The notes under the pieces are model-generated. The model saw only the letters and a program-made list of their open reading frames with translations. It made no database searches and was not told the DNA's origin. A stretch of 32,000 bases of DNA from Ferroglobus placidus DSM 10642 (GTDB lineage Archaea; Halobacteriota; Archaeoglobi; Archaeoglobales; Archaeoglobaceae): positions 1,290,001-1,322,000 of the forward strand of contig NC_013849.1 of the NCBI RefSeq assembly GCF_000025505.1, written 5' to 3'. Of this stretch, positions 26,049 to 32,000 are shown in pieces (within the stretch, counting starts at the first letter, position 1; each line of letters begins with the position of its first letter). Made by a program: the position numbers and the translations under genes.

Positions 26049-28523
26049 CTAAGCTCTTCTGATCAGCTTTTCTAATTCTACAATCCAAAAAACTATGGAG
26101 GCTAACAAAAGCACAGCTATCCATTCTGAAATTTCTAACGGTTCAAGAAGTATGCTGCTCGCAAAATTGGTAACGAGAATTTGAAGGACGAGGGTCGAAA
26201 ATATGCCTAAAAATGCGAAGGGGTTTAAATTTACATTGAAGAAACTTTTGTCCGGATGTGGTGTTAGTAGGTACCACATCCCAACAGCTATTACTGTGTT
26301 CATAGCTGCGGACATTTTTCCAGTTTTAAAGTAAAGAAGATAAGCTAAAAGAATTGAGATTAGGGAAATGTAAAGGATTCTGAAAGCCAATACTTTGTTT
26401 AAAAGTTCACCTTTGGACGGTTTGAGTCTCAATAAACCTTTTTCTGGTTTGTCGAAGACTATCATCGTTCCAAGAAGCGCTGCAGTGACCGTATTTACCC
26501 AGAGGATATGTAAAGGCTTCATAGGCAGTGGAATTCCCAAAGCAAAAGCCGTAAGAACAATTCCAGCCTGCCCACCGTTTGTTGGCAGTATCCAACATAA
26601 AATTCGCTGAATTTTCCTAAAAACATCTCTTCCAACTTCGACAGCTTTCACAATGGAAGAAAAAGCGTTATCAAGAAGGATCATGTCCGATGCTTCTTTT
26701 GCTACATCCTCTCCCTCGCCCATCGCAATTCCTATGTCTGCTCTTTTTAATGCAGGAGCGTCATTTACTCCGTCTCCCGTTACGGCAACTATCTCTCCCT
26801 CTTCTTGGAGCGCTTTAACGATCTCCAGCTTTTGTTCCGGAGAGACTCTTGCAAAAACGTTGTATTTTTTAATGGCTTTTTTAACATCCATTTTTTCAAG
26901 CTCACTTCCATCTATGACCTCACCCTCGATCCCAGCAGCTCTCGCAATCGCTTTTGCTGTAAGGGGGTGGTCCCCAGTTATCATCACAACTCTTATCCCA
27001 GCTTCCTTGCAAGCCAGTATGCTTTGTCGACTGTCCTCTCTGAGCGGATCCATTAGGCAAACGTATCCCAAAAACTTCATATCTTCGAAATCAAAACCTC
27101 CGAACTCTTCCACATCCTTATAAGCAAAGGCAATCACTCTTGCACCCATCGAAGCGCAAATTTCAGCGGTGGAAATTTCCACATTGCACATTTTCGATAT
27201 AACCTCCGGGGCTCCTTTCACGAAAATATACTTCTTTCCGTTAACCTCACTCAAAACAGCCATAAATTTTCTTCTTGAGTCGAAAGGAATCTCGTCAATG
27301 GTTTCGTAGTCCGGTGTTATTCCGTTTTTCAAAGCAACTTCGAGTAACGCTATATCTGTTGGATCTCCGTGAAAGAAAATCTTCCCGTCCTTTACTTGGT
27401 AAGTAGCTTTGTTACATACGTATCCGGCAGTTAAGATCAGCTTTAAATCTTCTGACAGGTTGTTCAGTTCTTCTGCGGAATAGCTCCCACTTCTCGTGGT
27501 AATCCTAACGACCTTCATTTTGTTTTGAGTAATTGTACCGGTCTTGTCGGTACAAATAACCGTAACGCTCCCTAAGGTCTCTACAGCCGGGAGTTTCCTT
27601 ATTAAAACGTTCCTTGCAGCCATCTCCTTAACGCCTAGGGCAAGGCTAACGGTGACGAGAGCTGGGAGAGCTTCGGGTATTGCTGCTACAGCAAGGCTTA
27701 TCGATGCTAAAAGAGTATATAACGGGTCGTACCCTCTTATCATACCTACTAAAAAGTTCAGGAGAGAAACTGCCAATATTGCAACTGATAGTCTTTTCCC
27801 CATCCTTTTCATCTTTGCGATCAGTGGTGTCTGAATTCTCTCCTCTTTTTTCACGAGTTTGCTGATTCTTCCTATCTCTGTTTTTTCTCCAGTATCTACA
27901 ACGACCGCGAGTCCATTACCGCTTACGACGATCGTCCCTGCGTAAACCATATTTTTTCTTTCGGGTAAAATCGCATTTTCTTTAACAGTGTCTACTGTCT
28001 TCTCTACAGCTTCTGACTCACCGGTGAGCACTGCTTCGTTAATAAAAAGCTCCTTAGCTTCTATAACTCTCGCATCTGCCGGAACTCTCATTCCCGGCTC
28101 AAGAATTATTACGTCTCCCGGAACTATTTCGGAGGAGTCAACGACTTTTATCTTTCCGGAGCGTTTTACTTTAACTTTGTATGTCATAAGTCTCTGAAGA
28201 CTTTCGATTATCTTTTCCGCTTTCCACTCCTGAAGAAAACCAAGTAGGGCGCTGGCAAATATTATAAGTGCAACAACCGCCGATTCCAGTAAATTATTCA
28301 TTAAGTATAAGATTACTGACGAAAAAACCAGCACGAGCATTATAGAGTCTGTAAATTGACGAAGAAAGATAACGTGAGCCCTTACTTTCTTGAGTTTTAT
28401 CGTATTTTTACCAAATTTCTCAAGCCTTTTTCTTACTTCCTCATCGCTTAGACCGGTTTTTGAAGTTTTCAACAACTTTAAAACTTCTTCTGGAGATAGC
28501 GACCAGTAACTTTGTGTTTTCAT
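26049..28523 (-). CDS. Cation-transporting P-type ATPase (P2-like)
   Basis: An N-terminal cation-ATPase-N segment is followed by TGES, the phosphorylation site CTDKTGTIT, MITGDHPLTA, and TGDGVNDAPALKRADIGIAMG. Multiple transmembrane helices are present. Confidence 0.9.
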   Translation of the reverse strand: MKTQSYWSLSPEEVLKLLKTSKTGLSDEEVRKRLEKFGKNTIKLKKVRAHVIFLRQFTDSIMLVLVFSSVILYLMNNLLESAVVALIIFASALLGFLQEWKAEKIIESLQRLMTYKVKVKRSGKIKVVDSSEIVPGDVIILEPGMRVPADARVIEAKELFINEAVLTGESEAVEKTVDTVKENAILPERKNMVYAGTIVVSGNGLAVVVDTGEKTEIGRISKLVKKEERIQTPLIAKMKRMGKRLSVAILAVSLLNFLVGMIRGYDPLYTLLASISLAVAAIPEALPALVTVSLALGVKEMAARNVLIRKLPAVETLGSVTVICTDKTGTITQNKMKVVRITTRSGSYSAEELNNLSEDLKLILTAGYVCNKATYQVKDGKIFFHGDPTDIALLEVALKNGITPDYETIDEIPFDSRRKFMAVLSEVNGKKYIFVKGAPEVISKMCNVEISTAEICASMGARVIAFAYKDVEEFGGFDFEDMKFLGYVCLMDPLREDSRQSILACKEAGIRVVMITGDHPLTAKAIARAAGIEGEVIDGSELEKMDVKKAIKKYNVFARVSPEQKLEIVKALQEEGEIVAVTGDGVNDAPALKRADIGIAMGEGEDVAKEASDMILLDNAFSSIVKAVEVGRDVFRKIQRILCWILPTNGGQAGIVLTAFALGIPLPMKPLHILWVNTVTAALLGTMIVFDKPEKGLLRLKPSKGELLNKVLAFRILYISLISILLAYLLYFKTGKMSAAMNTVIAVGMWYLLTPHPDKSFFNVNLNPFAFLGIFSTLVLQILVTNFASSILLEPLEISEWIAVLLLASIVFWIVELEKLIRRA

Positions 28524-28857
28524 TTAAAATATCCATGTTTCGAACGCTCTTTTAATGTTTTTTGGTAAAGTAGTAAAAGTGCAACCTATACTTCTATTTT
28601 CTTGTACGCTTTTATGGTTGCCTCGAAAGTTACAAAAAGAGTCAGTTTAAGCTTTCCAAAATTTCTGGACTACTCGAACATTCCGCAACTTTAACGCTGT
28701 TAAATGGGCTGAAAGCTTTCAAATATTTAAAATTTTCCTCGAACACGCCGGGGTTTCATTTTTAACTGTTTCGCTCGGTATGTCGTGTTCGAGAGATGTT
28801 TGTGAGAGAAAGTATTATATACTTCCATTCGACGTAAAATTTTGTTAGAGTATATCC
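28524..28857 (+). promoter_or_regulatory. CRISPR leader, also the divergent promoter region of the ATPase gene
   Basis: A 334-bp AT-rich non-coding region lies upstream of the first repeat in the orientation that puts ATTGAAAG at each repeat's 3' end. TATA-like ATTATATA at about 28814-28821 lies about 40 nt before repeat 1. Confidence 0.6.
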
Positions 28858-30220
28858 CTCGATGAAAAGAGGATTGAAAGTCGTGAAGTATCCCGCCTTC
28901 TTCTTGGGAGGTGATTTAACGAGCTCGATGAAAAGAGGATTGAAAGACATACTCACCACCTCTCACATTCGTGGAGACAATAACCCACTCGATGAAAAGA
29001 GGATTGAAAGCCAATTGGAAATTTCGTTGAAAGTTCGAAAAAGTTTTTACTCGATGAAAAGAGGATTGAAAGTCGCAACCTTGTTCGGTCTGTATCTAAT
29101 CACCCTACCAATCTCGATGAAAAGAGGATTGAAAGGATTATGGCTTCAGATGGGTTTGGAACTACTTTAAGAGTGCTCGATGAAAAGAGGATTGAAAGAA
29201 GCCATAGTATTCAAGCAGGTAACCATGCCTTCCTACCTCGATGAAAAGAGGATTGAAAGTCTTATTTCCCTCCTGTAAACCTCTTCAAAACCTCGTCTGC
29301 TCGATGAAAAGAGGATTGAAAGGCGATTTGGCTACTTTCTTGTAGCCTATCAGCTCGTGAGCTCGATGAAAAGAGGATTGAAAGACCTGATCGTCCGTAC
29401 CATCACAAACGTAATCTCCTGACTTACTCGATGAAAAGAGGATTGAAAGTAGAGATACACTGTTCTCCTTCTTACCCTCTTAACCTTAGGCTCGATGAAA
29501 AGAGGATTGAAAGGTCTATTGTGTCTTTGTTGGTTATCTTCTTGAAGTCTTCCAACTCGATGAAAAGAGGATTGAAAGATATTATCCCTCCAGTGCAGCT
29601 TTTCTTTTTAGATAGTAGGGACTCGATGAAAAGAGGATTGAAAGTTGTCTGTTCCAAATGGAACTTCCAGATCGTCGGCAAAATCTCGATGAAAAGAGGA
29701 TTGAAAGAAGAGAGAGTCTAATCTATGCAGTTATTGTGAATTTATACCTCGATGAAAAGAGGATTGAAAGATCGTAGGGACAGAACCGGGTAGCTTTCGA
29801 AATACTTGGTTGCTCGATGAAAAGAGGATTGAAAGAGAACAGTTGCTGCTGCCGGCTTCTTTTGAGGTAAGAATGGGCTCGATGAAAAGAGGATTGAAAG
29901 TTGGAGGCTTACCGATGCTGTTGGAGCTTTACATAACAGTGTCTCGATGAAAAGAGGATTGAAAGACCTTTTTAAATTCTCTATCCACGTTTGTACTGTA
30001 GGAAACTCGATGAAAAGAGGATTGAAAGTGTTGTAGGCTTCGTTAGGCGTTCTTGCCCTAATTTTGGCCTCGATGAAAAGAGGATTGAAAGCTCATCGCC
30101 CATCCACCTCCTCATAACCAACTCCGCAATTCCTCGATGAAAAGAGGATTGAAAGCTTCGTGTCCAAGTTGTAGAGCCACAACGCTATCCTGTACCTCTC
30201 GATGAAAAGAGGATTGAAAG
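28858..30220 (+). CRISPR. CRISPR array: 22 identical 23-nt repeats (CTCGATGAAAAGAGGATTGAAAG) and 21 unique spacers of 38-43 nt
   Basis: I located every repeat by hand, with starts at 28858, 28924, 28988, 29050, 29113, 29176, 29237, 29300, 29362, 29427, 29491, 29556, 29622, 29685, 29748, 29813, 29878, 29943, 30006, 30069, 30133 and 30198. All copies are identical. The strand was assigned from the 3'-terminal ATTGAAAG tag and the leader position. Confidence 0.97.
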
Positions 30221-30493
30221 TCAAATTCGCTCGAGCAAGTCTCCTATGACAACTCCGATGAGGAAAATAACTGCAAAGTACAGTATCACAAAAAGAATCG
30301 CAAAAAAGCCGACTCCAGCCAGAAATAGGACTGCCGGGTGAGGGAAGATTAGAAAAGATGCTATCGCCAAAATTATTCCGAGTATTATCGAAAATTTTAA
30401 CGCCGCTTTCAAAATACCGAGCAGATCCTCTTTCCCTTTTCTCGAATAACCGTAAATTACGCCGAGGAGGAAGGTTAAAAGTTCCAGAATCAT
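30221..30493 (-). CDS. Small (90 aa) integral membrane protein, about 3 predicted TM helices
   Basis: Three hydrophobic stretches are separated by short charged loops. The start lies 1 nt after the stop of the KaiC-like gene (30495), which suggests coupling. The stop codon directly abuts the last CRISPR repeat. Confidence 0.6.
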   Translation of the reverse strand: MILELLTFLLGVIYGYSRKGKEDLLGILKAALKFSIILGIILAIASFLIFPHPAVLFLAGVGFFAILFVILYFAVIFLIGVVIGDLLERI

Positions 30494-30494
30494 T

Positions 30495-31241
30495 TTAGAA
30501 TCCCGCGTAAACTTCTTCCCTCGAATGAACGACTATTCCTTCGTCGGTTATGTCGTAGGGGTGAATCTTCTTGCTGTGGTTCGTTCCTCTTAACTTGTAG
30601 ATTTCCAAGCTCCTGATTCTAACGTTCTCGCTTCTCGTGTAGTAGAGAACTATCGTTCCCTCCGTAACGAAGTTCTCAACGCCGAATCTACTTATAGCTC
30701 CTGATTCGATCACTTCAGCCGTTAAAATCGAAGTCAAACCGAGAACTTCGAGTGTCGTGCTGATTTTGAGAAGTTCTACTCTGAATTTCGCGGGATCGTT
30801 TATTGCAAATCCGATGGCTGTTGTCGAATCTAAGGCAGCTCTTCTCGCTCCGATTTCGTCCTGAATCGTGATTATCTGATCTATCAAACTCCTCGTGTCG
30901 AAGGGTCTTACGTCTATGTACTTCTCATCGCTCGGCAAACCTATCTTCGTTGATGTAGCGTCGACTATTGCGAGCATGTTTTCGTCTTCGAGCTTTTCCA
31001 AATCCCATCCGAACACTGCAAAGTGCTCTCTCAAGTGCTGCGGTCTTTCTTCGGTTGCAATGAATATCCCGGGCTCGTTGTAAAGAGTGGCGCCGTTTAC
31101 CAAGAATTGCATCGCAAATATCGTCTTTCCCGAGCCTGAAGGTCCGGCTATTAGCACGGTTCGATCTCTTACCAGCCCTCCCTCGCAGAGTTCGTCAAAG
31201 CCCGGAATACCGGTCGGACACCTCTCAAGTTTGATTTTCAT
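30495..31241 (-). CDS. KaiC/RadA-like single-domain ATPase (RecA superfamily)
   Basis: TGIPGFDELCEGGL, Walker A (GPSGSGKT) and a Walker B-like LAIVDA are present, with KaiC-like overall architecture. I trimmed the start to the ATG at 31241 (MKIKLERCPTGIPGFD). Confidence 0.8.
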   Translation of the reverse strand: MKIKLERCPTGIPGFDELCEGGLVRDRTVLIAGPSGSGKTIFAMQFLVNGATLYNEPGIFIATEERPQHLREHFAVFGWDLEKLEDENMLAIVDATSTKIGLPSDEKYIDVRPFDTRSLIDQIITIQDEIGARRAALDSTTAIGFAINDPAKFRVELLKISTTLEVLGLTSILTAEVIESGAISRFGVENFVTEGTIVLYYTRSENVRIRSLEIYKLRGTNHSKKIHPYDITDEGIVVHSREEVYAGF

Positions 31242-31286
31242 ACAGCTGATGATTATCATACTACTATAAAAAGTTAACCTCAAAGC

Positions 31287-31296
31287 TTAAATTAAA
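31287..31296 (+). promoter_or_regulatory. Putative TATA box (TTAAATTAAA) for fbp; leaderless geometry
   Basis: The box is centred about 25 nt upstream of the fbp ATG at 31316, and no SD sequence is present. Confidence 0.3.
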
Positions 31297-31315
31297 TGAG
31301 GATTTATCATAATAC

Positions 31316-32000
31316 ATGAGTAAAATAACCGTCAGCCTGATAAAAGCAGATGTCGGCAGCGTAGCCGGACACACGACTGTTGCTGACGAACTTATTAAAA
31401 TTGCGGAAAACAACCTTTCTGAGGCAAAAGAAAGCGGATTGATAATTGATTTCAGGGTTTTCAAAGCCGGAGACGATTTGGAGCTTTTGATGACCCACAC
31501 GAAGGGCGTGGATAATGAAGAGATCCACAGGCTCGCTTGGGAAACCTTTGAAAAAGCGGCTGAAAAAGCAAAAGAACTAAAGCTTTACGGGGCTGGACAA
31601 GATCTTCTAGCAGACGCATTTAGCGGAAACGTGAGGGGAATGGGTCCCGGAGTGGCGGAAATGGAGTTTACGGAGAGAAAGGCTGAGCCGCTCATAGCGT
31701 TCATGATGGACAAGACTGAGCCGGGAGCGTTCAACCTTCCGATCTTCAGGATTTTCGCAGATCCCTTCAACACCGCTGGATTGGTGATCGATCCGAGCAT
31801 GCATCAGGGCTTCGTCTTCGAAATCTGGGACATAATGGAGCACAAAAGAGTGTTCATGAAAGCTCCGGAAGAGATGTACGACATCCTCGCTTTAATCGGA
31901 GCTAAGAGCAGGTTCGTTATTAAAAGAGTTTATCCCAAGCCCGGCGGAAAACTTCCGGAAGACGAGCCTGTTGCTGTGGTAAGCACGGAGAAGCTTTATC
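31316..32000 (+). CDS. fbp: Fructose-1,6-bisphosphate aldolase/phosphatase (class V FBPase), 5' part; continues beyond the window
   Basis: I translated this by hand because it is absent from the ORF track (no stop in the window). The translation MSKITVSLIKADVGSVAGH...LYGAGQDLLADAFSGNVRGMGPGVAEMEF...MDKTEPGAFNLPIFRIFADPFNTAGLVIDP...VIKRVYPKPG...EPVAVVSTEKL is near-colinear with the Thermococcus enzyme as I recall it. Confidence 0.9.
   Translation, partial: MSKITVSLIKADVGSVAGHTTVADELIKIAENNLSEAKESGLIIDFRVFKAGDDLELLMTHTKGVDNEEIHRLAWETFEKAAEKAKELKLYGAGQDLLADAFSGNVRGMGPGVAEMEFTERKAEPLIAFMMDKTEPGAFNLPIFRIFADPFNTAGLVIDPSMHQGFVFEIWDIMEHKRVFMKAPEEMYDILALIGAKSRFVIKRVYPKPGGKLPEDEPVAVVSTEKLY

Noticed and set aside
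29027-29033. TTGAAAG heptamer inside spacer 3 that resembles the repeat 3' end
   Set aside because: It is an isolated 7-mer without the rest of the repeat. It is most simply chance, and it does not change the repeat-spacer parsing.
28762-29721. ORF-track entries 28862-29170 (+), 29431-29721 (+), 28762-28959 (-) and 29472-29681 (-), with recurring MKRGLK / FNPLFIE peptides
   Set aside because: The recurring peptides are simply translations of the CRISPR repeat (ATGAAAAGAGGATTGAAAG) and its complement. The ORFs are artefacts of the array.
28851-30227. Alternative reading of the array as a standard 30-nt repeat with ~36-nt spacers
   Set aside because: The 7-10 nt upstream of every conserved core and the bases downstream show no conservation across the 22 copies, so only 23 nt are repeated.
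1081-31283. Long N-terminal extensions in the ORF track for fni (to 2223), idsA (to 1109), ridA (to 16090), PPS (to 26124), the KaiC-like gene (to 31283) and acyP (from 14582)
   Set aside because: In most cases the extension overlaps the neighbouring gene or the intergenic region. In every case it lacks family-typical sequence. Internal ATGs that match the conserved protein N-termini were used instead.

Overview
This window looks like an archaeal chromosome segment. Form III RuBisCO, class V FBP aldolase/phosphatase, type-2 IPP isomerase, archaeal phosphopantothenate synthetase and an archaeal SMC-ScpAB module point to a hyperthermophilic euryarchaeon, possibly Archaeoglobales-like; that assignment is inference only. 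About 85% of the window is tightly packed housekeeping genes. They cover isoprenoid synthesis (fni-idsA), rbcL, purS-purL-purQ, acyl-CoA dehydrogenase, CoA-disulfide reductase, family-4 UDG, acyP-hisF, ridA, MazG-like plus NAPRTase, a small coiled-coil gene with smc-scpA-scpB, aspS-hisD-PPS, a P-type ATPase and fbp. Three accessory features stand out. (1) A CRISPR array at 28858-30220 has 22 identical copies of an unusually short 23-nt repeat ending in ATTGAAAG and 21 unique spacers of 38-43 nt. No cas gene is present in the window, and the last repeat touches the stop codon of a convergent gene. (2) A complete 758-bp IS1-family element at 13703-14460 has imperfect terminal inverted repeats and a perfect 8-bp target duplication. 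Its transposase is split at an A7 tract in a +1 arrangement rather than the classical -1. (3) That IS sits 6 bp upstream of the putative TATA box of a Csa3/CARF-like wHTH regulator gene. Lesser items are a KaiC-like ATPase plus small membrane protein pair next to the array, a DUF169-like gene behind rbcL preceded by a perfect 13-bp tandem duplication, and a hemerythrin-DUF2249-like fusion. I did not recognise any complete novel multi-gene system. The short-repeat orphan array and its neighbours are the best candidates for follow-up.
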